Shown piece by piece: positions 46,329 through 57,571 of a DNA stretch of 64,000 nucleotides. A model generated the notes under the pieces. That model saw only the letters and a list, made by a program, of their open reading frames with translations. It made no database searches and was not told the DNA's origin. Where the stretch lies: contig OU015567.1 of assembly GCA_907165135.1 (NCBI GenBank), positions 1,364,001 to 1,428,000 of the forward strand. The letters are read 5' to 3'. Source of the DNA: Oikopleura dioica (taxonomy: Eukaryota > Animalia > Chordata). Within the stretch, counting starts at the first letter, position 1. Each line of letters opens with the position of its first letter. The translations under genes were made by a program, and so were the position numbers.

Positions 46329-47975
46329 ATGAAATTAAAGCTCTTATTGGCTTTTATAAGCATTCTTGAAAGTCAGAGAATCGGCGCTCCAACTTACACT
46401 GGAATCTCCCTCAAAAACCATGGCTACTACGAACTAACCATCGATACCCAAGATCAAGCTGATGCCTTCAGAGGAATCTCGGAAAACATAAACATTGATT
46501 TCTTCTTCCCTCACAATGGAGCTCGATTCGTAAAAGGAGAAGAAGTGAAATTCTGCATTCAGCCGGAAGATAAAGGCGCGATGGACTTCTTTTTGAAAAC
46601 GCTGGATTTCGACTATGATGATGAAAACCGGCTAGATGAGCTGATTGAGAATGAATTCGACAATAAATCCGGAAGATCTGTTGGCTTCGATTTTAATGTT
46701 TATCACACGCTTCAAGGAAGGGGTTTCAAAATTAGTCATTTAACGAAACTTCTTCTTGATATTTCAATTCAAAATCCCGAGCAAGAACAATTTGCTTACC
46801 TCGATGGTCTTGCTGACATCCCTGGTGTTACTGTATCAAGTATTGGGAGATCTGTAGAGCTTCGAAATCTGTACAAAATTTCAATTGGAGACGATAATTT
46901 GCCAAAAATCGTTGTTGATTGCGGAATTCATGCCCGAGAATGGGCAGCTCATGCGTGGTGCTATAAATTGATCGATGACTTGATCAATGGAGAGTCTGCT
47001 GATATGAAAAGGATCAAAATACAGTTCTTGAAAATTATTCCGAAAAAATTTTGATCTCTTGAAAAGAATTCCGTCAACTGGATCATCTACCCAAATCTCA
47101 ACCCTGACGGCTACGAGTACACCTGGACTGGCTACCGATACTGGCGCAAAAATCGAGCCAACAATCCTGGCTCTAACTGCAAGGGCGTCGATCTGAATCG
47201 AAACTACGACATTGAGTGGATGAATGCGGGAACAAGCAACAGCCCTTGCTCTGACATCTACGGAGGCCCAAGTGCTTTTTCGGAGCCGGAATCGCAAGCG
47301 CATCGGGATGACATGCTCGCCATTGACAATAAACTTGCCTATTTGACGTACCACGCATATTCGCAGTTCATCATTTATCCGTATTCTTCTTCCCACGCGG
47401 CTGAAGCATGGAACAAAGCTGACCTTGACTATGTTGCGAAAGCTATGGTTGATACAATCAGGAACGGGCTTATAAGATCTTTCTTACAAGATTTTTCTTT
47501 CGAAAAATATTTGCAAAGCCCCTAGGAAGTGACACTACTGGAGCATATTATCAATATGGCGAAGGAGCTCCAAGCTTTTACCCCGCTTCTGGCGGCAGTG
47601 ATGACTGGTCACACAATGATTCCGGAGCGAATGTCCCGATTTCCCTGACGATCGAGCTGCGAGATAGAGGACAGTATGGCTTTGCGCTTCCGGAGAGTCA
47701 GTTGGAGCCAATGTATACAGAAAATCTTGCAGCAATGAGAGTAAGAAAATTGCCAAAAAATAACCTGATAAACTTGTTTCTAGACGGCTTATGATCACGT
47801 GAAACCTGGCGGAACTTGTAATCCTCCTTCGTCGAGCGAATCAACATCGACTGACTCCTCATCTACAGCAAGCTCGTCTTCCACTGTCGGATGTCCAAGC
47901 GATGCAACATGCACTTGGCAGTTCAGTACCTTTGTCCCGCTTTTGGTGATTTTAGTTCTGGTGCATAGATTCTAG
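46329..47975 (+). CDS. M14A zinc carboxypeptidase (CPB-like pocket) with Ser/Thr stalk and hydrophobic C-terminus
   Basis: DCGIHAREW, NPDGYEYT, WRKNR, GVDLNRNY, GPSAFSEPE, TYHAYSQ, GGSDDW and IELRD motifs. Pro-domain present. Tail FSTFVPLLVILVLVHRF*. Three non-canonical introns, one of which needs an indel correction. Confidence 0.92.
46717..46785 (+). other. Non-canonical GA-AG intron (69 nt, stop-free, hidden inside the ORF)
   Basis: CAAG|GAAGG...GCAAG|AA gives YHTLQEQFAYLD, which aligns residue for residue with the YHTLEEIYDFLD-type motif of carboxypeptidase A/B. Confidence 0.8.
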
Positions 47976-48574
47976 AAAATATGTTTTAATCGGTGTTAAT
48001 AAAATACTATATTTTTCTTATTTCACTTAGTTCTGGTTTGAAACTGGTCTACTGTGCCTGTAACGACCCTGAACACTACATTTTCGACTCGGATGCTTGG
48101 GAATGCATTGGAAGAAGTACGACCACTTGTAAGAGCAAAACATCTGGCATAATGCTGATGTTGATATTTAAATATATACAAATAGAAGTAGTAGAAGCTC
48201 TATTTATCGGTCAAAGAATCAGAAAACAAAAATACTATTCAGAAGTTATGATAGAAAACTTCTCTTTTATGAATTCCTATGCTATGTCAGGAGGTACCAG
48301 AAAAGACTAAAAATACGCAAGTTAACCCCTATTGCGCAAATGGTCAATTTCTGACATGGACCACGTAATCATGGTCAGATTTTTACGAGACCTTGATATT
48401 ATGGGTAGGGCCGACGAGCAAAAATTCAACCCCAAGAACCCTTTTTGAATGCTGCAAGTATGGTCCATTTAGTTATTGGCAGCAAACAAATCATTTACAA
48501 TAAAAAAGAAATTCATTCATTTTTGGATCAGTAAGAATAAAAATATAAGCCACGGCGATTCCAACCGTAAAATG

Positions 48575-49147
48575 CTATTTTTCTTCTTGTTGAACAAAAT
48601 TGGAATTCTGGCCGCAGCGACAGGCTTTAACGCATTTGTCCTTGCTTTCTTCGCAAATGGAATGGCAGTAATCACTCTCACAATTTGCCCCGCATTTATT
48701 ATATTCAACAATGCAGGTTAGTTCGCATTCTTTGAACATGCCCGAATCACTTAAAATGTTATATATCTGTTTTGATAAAAAAATGATGACTTACGAGCAG
48801 TTCTCTGAAGTTGTCATTGGTAAAGAGACAGTTGGCATTGTCGAAAGCATTGTTTTTTGAGTCGCGATTGTTCTAGCCGTTGTCGAAAATATTGTGCTCA
48901 TCATATGGCTTTCTGTCCCTCCGTCGGTTGTTGAAGGAGTACTTGTGAACGAAGCCGTTTGTGTTCCGATTGTTGTTAGGGTCGCATTCTCTGGCATTGC
49001 TTCTGTCGAGAATTGATGATCATCTTTCATAGAAAACTATCTTCTGCTAAGAAAAACAGGAGTCAAGATGCTAGCTGATATCCCAAAGAAAGCAATGAAG
49101 AAGAGAGCAATCTTCAAAATCCTCACTGAACGATTTTTCATTCTCAT
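48575..49147 (-). CDS. Thr-rich stalk + Cys-rich helical module protein, possibly a pseudogene
   Basis: Hydrophobic N-terminus and Thr-rich ORF 48791-49030. After a GT-AG intron: CELTCIVEYNKCGANCESDYCHSICEESKDKCVKACRC. An in-frame TAG near 49038 is unexplained. Confidence 0.45.
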
Positions 49148-49371
49148 TATGAAATAACTTATGAAATTTCAGGAGGCAGCGGCGCGAATAAAAAATAGCA
49201 GAAGATTGTTTAATTATTTGATTTCACACACATAATCGGCTAATCAAAAGGTGCATGAATATTATTTATTCGACGGGAAGCTGTCAGAGAGGGTAACAAC
49301 GCATAGCGATAAAGTGCTTTGATGTCAAAGAAATACTGTCCGCGATTATTGCACAATTCTCACAATAGATT

Positions 49372-49542
49372 TCACGGACAAATACGGACAAATACGGATT
49401 TTGTCCAGATCGTGACAAAAGTCCGGTCTAGGCTGTCCGTTTTTTCCTCAACCAGAAGACTAAAAGTCTAGTCTGTCCGTACGGGCAAGACCGGACAGAC
49501 ACGGATAAAATCCGTACACGGACATGTCCGTTTAGAACCCTG
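49372..49542. mobile_element. Remnant hAT-like MITE end with CGGACA motif array
   Basis: Repeated ACGGACA/TGTCCG motifs ending GAACCCTG (reverse complement CAGGGTTC). Left end not found. Confidence 0.4.
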
Positions 49543-49567
49543 GTTGCAGGTTGAATTGAGAAATTCT

Positions 49568-50795
49568 TTAATTTTCGAATCTACAAGAATAAAAATATTG
49601 GCCGTAGCATTTGGCATCAGCAAAGTATCCAGGAGCTCCGTAATTGATGATAACACAAGGATCGCGACCGTCGTTGGGTTCTTTTCCATACCATTTCAAA
49701 AATGGATCTCGATTGCCAGTAACGGTAGAGTACTGAACTCTATTTGAGCCTTCTCGGACACCTTAATTTTTATGACGGAATAGCTCTTTGGAGAAATTAC
49801 CTATGTATTCAACATATCTCATCGGCAGCCTCGTGAATTCTTTCCACTCTTCTTCATTCTCGAAAAAAGCCAAATGCCCTCCTTGTTGATTGCACTAGAA
49901 AATTCTTTATCGGACTCATAAGTAATTACTTACCTTGTACTCCGCTAATTCCATCGTTGATTTCTCTTCCTGTTGAATAAAAGTGACATTCTTCGGCCTT
50001 ATTGTTGGTCCGACTCCCGAGTCGAAATTCTCTTCGAATCGACAAGTAAATTGTCTCGAAGTATAACTTTTCAATTCAAAAAGGTCTGAAGAATAAACCC
50101 TTACCAATAATCGGCTGCCCAGTCGCCTGTAGATAAATACCAGTAGTTATAAATGCATGGAGCCGCGTAGGTACTCGGGTGACCCGGGCCGAACTGATGA
50201 AAAGTCGCATTTGACCCGTCTGTGTTTCGGTAAAAATAGTCGGAGGCTGATTTCCAGGTGACTTGGCGATAGCCGAAGTGCTCAAGTCGTACTGGGAATT
50301 CAGCCAGGTACAGTTCGTATTCTTCCTGGGTTCGGAAGAATAGCAAATGACCGCCTCGGTCTTGGCAGAAATTTTCGGCTCCTTCCATGGTCAAAGCGGG
50401 ATCTTCCTCTGTTCGTTCAAACCAGACTCGAGCTTCTCTTGTCGTTTCTAAAGCAGTTGTTGTGGTGATTATTGTCGTTGATATTTGGGCAGAAGTTGTT
50501 CTCGGGCAAATTTCATTCTGACAGCCATAACAACCAAACGGGCAATATTCGCCACAGGGACAGGATTTCATGCACTCGTCTTTGCTTTGGACGCAGAGGG
50601 AGAGGCAGAAATCGGTCTCACAGAGAAGCCGACATTTGTTATAATCAAGCCTGCATTTTGCTTCGCATTCTTCATAAAGATCCGCTTCTCTATTTATCTT
50701 TTGAACGATCTCGTCAGATTTAAGTCGAATACTTACGGGCAGTTATCGATTGAAAATGATAAAGAACAAGATAAAAGGAGATAAAAAACTCTCAT
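49568..50795 (-). CDS. Secreted protein: Cys-rich helical module + Thr linker + two C-type lectin domains
   Basis: Signal MRVFYLLLSCSLSFS; module CEAKCRLDYNKC...SCPCGEYCPFGC. CTLD1 AENFCQDRGGHL; CTLD2 CNQQGGHLAFF...WYGKEPND...CV...FADAKC...YSC with an EPN motif. Confidence 0.8.
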
Positions 50796-51195
50796 TTTCA
50801 ACTGTGATTTCCTGTACTTTACATATTCCAGCAAGCCTGGACAAGAAGCTCGTCTGATTGACATTTGCAAAATTTTATAGTATTTGTATTTCGTTATCTA
50901 AATTGAGATTTTGAATCAATTCGTCAGAACAAGTCAGTTGGAACTAATATTTCCTCATTTAAAAATGGAAAATGATCATTTTCGAGCTCATTGAATAAAA
51001 TTTTTAATTCCCGACGGAAATGCGATTTTGACGGTTCGGAACATCCATAAAGGTCAATTCAAAAAGAAGCGCCATTTCGCTCTTTCGTGAGACGAGATTT
51101 AGAGAAAAGTCTGAAAATGATGCTTTTTCTGATCTGCGCGGTGGCCGTTGCTGCTCAATCTTGTGAGGACACTGATAAGTACTCTCCCCCTAAAA

Positions 51196-51838
51196 ATGCA
51201 AAATCAACGTCATTCTAGAATAAAAAAATGGCAAGCAGTTCGAGAAATAGACGAAAGCCTCCTCAACAAAATCACAGTTGCGGCGAAATTCTACCAGAAA
51301 TCAATTTCTTACGGCGAGATTGGGGACACCCTTAAAAGCTCAACCCTCAAAAAAGCTTATGAGAAAAGCCTGACACATCTGGACACGGCTTTTGAGAATA
51401 AATTTTGCAACCATTACAAGCGATTTGAACCAGTTCAGCAGCTGATCGGTAAGTCAAAGACGAAACCCGTAATTTCGAAAAATTCTCTCTCTGTTTATAT
51501 TAAACTCTATGTTTCTAAATTGAATGAAAAAACAGACCATGATAAACTCTGACAACAGAGTGCTGATTTTTATCCTTTCAAAATACAATCTTATTTTAGA
51601 GGCCGTCGACACAAATTTCGACGAAACAAAAATCGATCTTGCAATCGAGTCCCTCAAGGAACAATCTTACGGATCCGATCTCACAGAAAACCTCCGCGAA
51701 TTGCTCTGGAATTCTTTACTCTTTTGCGTCTACGAACTCCACGGAATGATTGAAGCGCAAGCTATAGTTGATGAGAATGTTGAGTACTACAAGTCGAAGA
51801 TCATTACTGGAGAGGCTTTTGAAATGAAACTCGAATAA
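51196..51838 (+). CDS. Hypothetical ~190-aa helical protein, two exons
   Basis: Two ORFs join in frame through a GT-AG intron at ~51470-51536. AATAAA overlaps the stop. Confidence 0.55.
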
Positions 51839-52128
51839 ACTTGAAATTAAAATTATTGATAAATGTAAGCAAGTGGTTGTTTAAGAACGGACTCCGAATA
51901 AGACCAAAATGTCTTGGTCAAAACGACAAACCTCAGAAGCGACTGTCGATATTTAAGTTGCCTCCGTATCATTATTCTTTCTTTATTTTCTTAATACGAA
52001 AATAATTATTTTGATGAAGGTCGTAATCGCGGCGGTTGATTTTGCCGGAAGGTAAGTATCAAAAAAAAAAGACAGAATGTGAGTTTTTGCTGATTTTCCA
52101 AAAGATGCTCAAAAACGGTTCTCTTTAA

Positions 52129-52459
52129 GGACCCCCCCCCCCGTCAACAATTTTCCTCAAAAAATCGAAAATTTCAAAAAAGCCATATTTTGGCTTCTTA
52201 GTGTTCCTGAAAGTTCAAGTTATCATAAAAACTTGTTCGGAGCACTTTTTGACCAAGAAAATTTTAGCAAAATTGGGACTTTTTCGTCATTTTTCCTCAA
52301 AAAGTACGATTTTCAGACGCGATTTTGAGGGTGTTAGAGTCGAGATAGACGCCCAAAAAATGAAGACTCAAAATCGTTTTTTGACCTGTAGAATCCATTT
52401 TCTCAAGTCAAAATTTTGAAATACCGAAAAAATTTTTCGAAAATTGTTGACGGGGGGAT
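52129..52459. mobile_element. GGACCCCCC-family MITE
   Basis: TTAA|GGACCCCCCCCCCCGTCAAC left end, degenerate right end GTTGACGGGGGGAT, internal GAGTCGAGATAGA motif. Confidence 0.8.
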
Positions 52460-52647
52460 TTTCAAGTCAAATTAATTTTTATCAACTCATTCGAAATAAA
52501 AAAAATTGCTCCTTATATTGGAAGAAATTGAAATCGAAAAACGATTTATTCATTCAAATAATGTTCAGAAAAATCGCAAACAGTGGTCACCAAGAGAAAT
52601 GATCGTTGACGGACGATTTATTGATAGCTTTCTGAAAATCAGGCTTT

Positions 52648-53825
52648 TTAGTGCTGATTGCCGCATTTCAGCTGCTTGAATTTCTTGGTGATCAGCAATT
52701 TTCTCTGTCGTTGGATGAGACGCTCGAATCTTTGCGAACCTTCGTTGTCAACGCAGACAAAGGCATCGGCGAAGGAAGCAAGGCAAGCGAAAAGTCCTTG
52801 CAATTTTACGCAGACGTCCGCAGAGTCGACCGGAGCGAGGAAAGCAGAGTGATCGTTGGAGCCAGCGGGAAACTCGCAAGCATCAGCAGAAGCTCGCCTC
52901 TTTTTTTAAGGTTTCGCAATTTCGAATAAAAAAAGGATTTTAAAGATTGATAGATGAACAATTTGCTTACCCTTTCCTGAAGAATGTCCATCTTGTTGAA
53001 AAAATTGTTGAATCGGTCCATCTTCTTTGATGCAAGTTTTGAGTTGGCGCCGAGGCCAGGAAGAGCAGCGTAAAAATCTCTAACCGCAAAGCTGATTTCG
53101 TCAGAAGCTTTTACTATCTGAGACCATGCGTCAGTTGGGGAAAGGACAGTGGACGGAGCAGAAGTGGTAGAAGAAGAAGAAGTAGTCGAGGCGTTTCCTT
53201 CTTCGAGACAAGAGTAGTCTCCGTCGTAAACGACGCATATTTCGAAGCCTTTGTATACGATGCTATCGTCGGTTTCAAAAACGATCGTCGCAGTGTTGCC
53301 CTGGACGGTGACTGTGCGCAGGCCGGTTTCGACGGTCGTGACATCTCGTCGGAGTCGAGTAGCGGCAGCATCATCGTTTGATCTTCGTCGTCGGAGAGAG
53401 GCGGGATTGACCAAGCCACAGTAGTACGTGTCGTGACCGTTCGCGTCAGAGACAAGCAAGTAGTCTTTGATGCAATTGGAGCTCTCTTCAACGGCGAAGC
53501 TCTTCGCAACGAGATCGAAGGACGTGACGGACGGGTCGAGTTGAATGTTCCAGGTGCAGTGCACGCTAGAATAGTAGAATGGCGCAGTGTCACCGTTTGC
53601 ATTGCCAACATACATCTCGAGCGTTGGAGAGACGATCATCTGTGAGCCGGTAATCGTTCCGCCGCATTCCATGCCGACGTAGTCTCCGTCGTACTCCGCG
53701 TCCGGACCCCACTGGCTAGAAGAGCTCCAACCTTTTGCGGAAGCAATGATCAGTCCAGGTAAAACCTAAAAATTTTTTTTGATAATCTTATGAAAGAAAA
53801 TATTTTAAATCTAGCGTACCTTCAT
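52648..53825 (-). CDS. Secreted CUB-domain protein with Ser/Thr linker and C-terminal helical Cys module (oikosin-like by inference)
   Basis: MK|VLPGLIIASAKG signal; CGGTIT...IVSP...YYSSVHCTWNI...CIKDYL...YCG...FETDDSIVYKGFEI. Exons 53820-53825, ~52972-53765 and the last exon to TAA 52648. Confidence 0.85.
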
Positions 53826-55097
53826 TTTCTGCGCTTGCTATCAAATTATCTGATCGAAAATTTGAATTTGGTTTTAACCCAAGTTTTCCCGTATTTATTA
53901 CCAATTCTCTTCAGCGCCGCAGCAAGATGGCGTCCAAATGATAATATGCATCTAGGTCGATCTGGTACATTTATAGACTTACCATAAAGTCTATAATAAA
54001 AACTCTTTATCTACTCAAAAAACTGACGACCAGCTCTGAAGGACCCCGATGGACGTCATATAATGGAAAATTTTGATAGAAGACGAGATTGTCCTCTTCG
54101 GAACCAAATTTACATACTATACTTACATATCCCCACCCCAATTTCATCAACTTTGCCTTCGAACTACTCTTTTTAGGTCTGAGCTTTTTTCTAGGATGAT
54201 GGCTCATTTTGAAGCTCAATTTTTAATGAATGACCTCTAGTATAGAAATATATTTTTATAAGGAGAGATGTTTTTAAACTGATTTTTGCCATTTTTATGA
54301 GTTTCTTTGCTCTTTTGTGCCTTTAAGTGGGTAGATATTTTATTTAATCTATTTTATCTAATTCTGTGGTTTCTAAGTTTTCTTAGGAGCCCTGATTATG
54401 TCGACTTTGAAAAGTCGAAAAAACTGCGAACTTTTTCGAAGTAAAATTTTTCATTAAATAAGCCATTTTCAAAGTTGTGTCAAGCTTTACCACGTGATGG
54501 ACTCCCCTTGAAATAATATATGAAAATGATTGCCAGACAACGGAGATTCCTAAAATATATCATACAAAACCTGTCGATGATATTTTTCACATCGGGAGGG
54601 GATCCCTTAAAGTAACTTACTTAGCGCTTCTTTATCAATTCGGATTTTTCGCATTTTGCGCTTTAGACTAAAGCCAAGTCAGCAGGAAAAATTTAGACAA
54701 ACTCAAGAGGTCAGGTATCGTCGTGGAATATTTAACAAAAATACAAAACATTTCGGGGCAAACCGACCGGCGATCGAGAAAAAAATATTAGTACTATTCA
54801 CTCATGTCTATTTTCTTGAAAGACAAAAAATCTTCAATTTTTGTAAAAAAGAAAAGCAAAATAAGCGTAAAATTTTACAATTTGAATAAGTTGCATGATT
54901 TCGGTATCAAAATTATCATGGCTGAGGGACTGAACTTCGAGGTAGAACTAGATTTTTTTGATAAAAGCGTTAATTTCGACCGGTTTTCATGGTAAACTTA
55001 ACTAAGATGTTTCAGTTTGTATAAAAGTAATCTGAGAAAATGCAACGGATATAATTTTTATGTGTGAACTTGGTCGAAAACAACCCTTTGTTTTTCC

Positions 55098-55250
55098 CTG
55101 AGTCTGACCTGAGTACCTGAGTCCGAGCAGGCCTGACCTGTTTGCCTGAGTACCTGACTGAGTGAAACCCTGACCTGAGTTCCTGAGTAAATCTCGAGAA
55201 AAAATTTACGAATCCTGACACTGAGCCTGACCCTCTACTCAGCTTGCCGA
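55098..55250. repeat. Array of CCTGA(G/C) motifs, probable MITE remnant
   Basis: More than 10 CCTGAG/CCTGAC motifs in ~150 bp. No matched termini found. Confidence 0.5.
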
Positions 55251-55812
55251 GCCAACGCTCCCTAGGTCCTAATATTCCGAGGTCTAGTCGTAGGTAACTT
55301 AGGGTTATAAGCGGTGAAGACGAATATCTTAGATACTATACCTACTAATAAAATCATATTTCAAGTTTATCTTCAGCTCGGCAAAATCCAGACAATCAAA
55401 ATAGGCCAAGTATTGTCGAGGAAAATTTATCAAAATATAAAATATTTTGGATCTTGTTTTTGCCGACCGGCGATTCATGAAAAATGATTATTAATTAATT
55501 TTGATGTCTATTTTTGTAACAAGACAGAGAATTTGGCCTTCTAAAGATTGAGGCACCACAAGAAGGAAAATTGAAAGTTTTTGAAAAAACTTCTTTCTTT
55601 CAAAGGCCACAATATTAAATTTTGATGTCAACTTAGGAAAATCTAAATTTAGGGTGCCAAAAGAGTCCTAAATCAAACTCATATTTTCGCGCAGAGGCCC
55701 TTACGCGCGCATTTTTTGGAAGAGAACTTATTGGGTTGGCGGGGCCCAACCCTCGCTCTTGTTCAGAACTATTTCCTAGGTCAGGATTTGGTCGGATGAG
55801 ACCCGGAAACTC

Positions 55813-57571
55813 TTATAAAACTGAAATTGCGATATATTGATAGGTGGCATAGTCAAGGCAGCTACTGATTCTTCGAGTGAAGGCACAGTCGTATTTGTTG
55901 ATTGAAGAATTGATACAGGTGAGTACAGAAAAGAGTTGTGTTTGAGTAAATATTGCACTTCTACGATTTTTCCGATTTTTCATTCGCACGGCTCCACATT
56001 CGGATTCCACCAACCAAGGCACCATAGAAGCTCCGTTTTCTCCTTGAAAAGGGGTAGATATTTTACGTTTGATGAAATAACTTACGGTTGTGATTTTTTG
56101 TTTTATATCACTCATATCGCGTCCAAACGATTCCTTCACGTCGAAAAGTTTGAATCCTGAAAACACCTTTTAGCGATTATCATTGATTTTTCCATACCAT
56201 GTTCTTCAAGAGCCTTCATGACGGAATACTGCAGTCTGATGTAATTTGCATCTTTTGCGGGTCCAAAAACATGGAGTTCCAAGCTCAATTGTCTGATACA
56301 CTTCCAAGCACCTAAAAAATTTCGAAAATTTCGAGAGGGCTTTTTGAGAGATGAAATTACCAGTTTCGAGAATGCTTCTGATTGTTTTATCTTCGTAACC
56401 GTGTCTTGGGCCTTCGATGTCAATTTTGACCGCGTCGATGATTCTTCCTCTGTGGCCGAGTTCGTCGATGATGGAAGGGAGTGTTCGAACCTTCCATTTT
56501 CTCAATTCGTTGAGTTTCGCATCGCTAAAAACAGCTCTCGCAGTGAAGAATATGGAAGAACCTACCCATATTTCTTTCTGTAGGCGTAATCTCTAAGGGC
56601 AGTTTGATAAAGCGCATCAGAATCGACATCGCCAAGGCCATATCTGTGGAAGAAAATGTTCTCGGTATGCTTCGCATGTTCCGGCTCATCGTACATTCCA
56701 GGGTCGAAACTGTGAACTGAAAATGTTGCGCTAGAATCGAATTTGAAATCGAAAACTTACCTTGGCATCCAAGAGCTTCCATCCCTTCATCCCAGCTCCA
56801 CTCGTAATCGATCCCGAAACTATAGCCCAAACATGGCTCTCCTTTTTTTGGCCACCAGCCGTCAGCAAGGCATCCGGCATAAGCTCCATCCTGGTATTTG
56901 CCCTTGTTTCCAGGGGTTCCGACGTAGTGAAGATCTGGGCACTCGATTTGCTTCGTCATGTAATCGTACAGTCGGTCGATTTCTTCCTGAAAAGATAGAT
57001 GAATCGAAGGTAAAGAGAAGACGAAAGGCCTCATTTCTTAAAAAAAAAACTTTCTTTTACCTGAGGCGTCCCAAATCCAGCTTGAGGTTGAAGAGCCATG
57101 GGAATATGAGGAACATTTCTTCGTGGCTCAAGTTTCGCTTTCTCTTCTACTGGAGCGGGCGCTGGGACTTCTTCTTTGATTTTTGATGCTTCGTCACTTT
57201 TGGACTGCTCTTCGATAATTTGCCTTACTTCGTCTACTGCGTTGTGAACTTGAACTGCTTCGACAGGTTTTTGCGGGGCGAGATTTTCAGCGTGAACTTC
57301 GGATTTGCCCGATTCGAGATTTGCGAGTTTTTGGAGGGCTGCGATTTGCTCGCTTTCTTGGATCATATTTACCCATTCATGCTCGCTAAGAAATAAAATT
57401 ATGAAAATTGCCATTTTTCTTCTTTTCAAACCTTATTTCTTGCATTCTCTTTCTTAAAACCTTCTTCATCTGTTGCTTCAAAACCGACTCGGGAAAATAC
57501 CAAAATATAAGCGTCATAACGACAAATCCCAGCAACAAGTGTCGACATTTTATTTGCCTGGATATCCTCAT
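55813..57571 (-). CDS. METTL24: METTL24-like (FkbM/Methyltransf_22-type) methyltransferase with N-terminal membrane anchor
   Basis: CLGYSFGIDYEWSWDEGMEALGC, IDAVKIDIEG and QLSLELH motifs. TM LLLGFVVMTLIFWYF. The 3' end is uncertain and the symbol is family-level only. Confidence 0.75.

Noticed and set aside
47993-48310. 105-aa ORF with a signal-like start
   Set aside because: It starts at GTG, has no recognisable domain or clear exon chain, and overlaps the likely 3' region of the carboxypeptidase.
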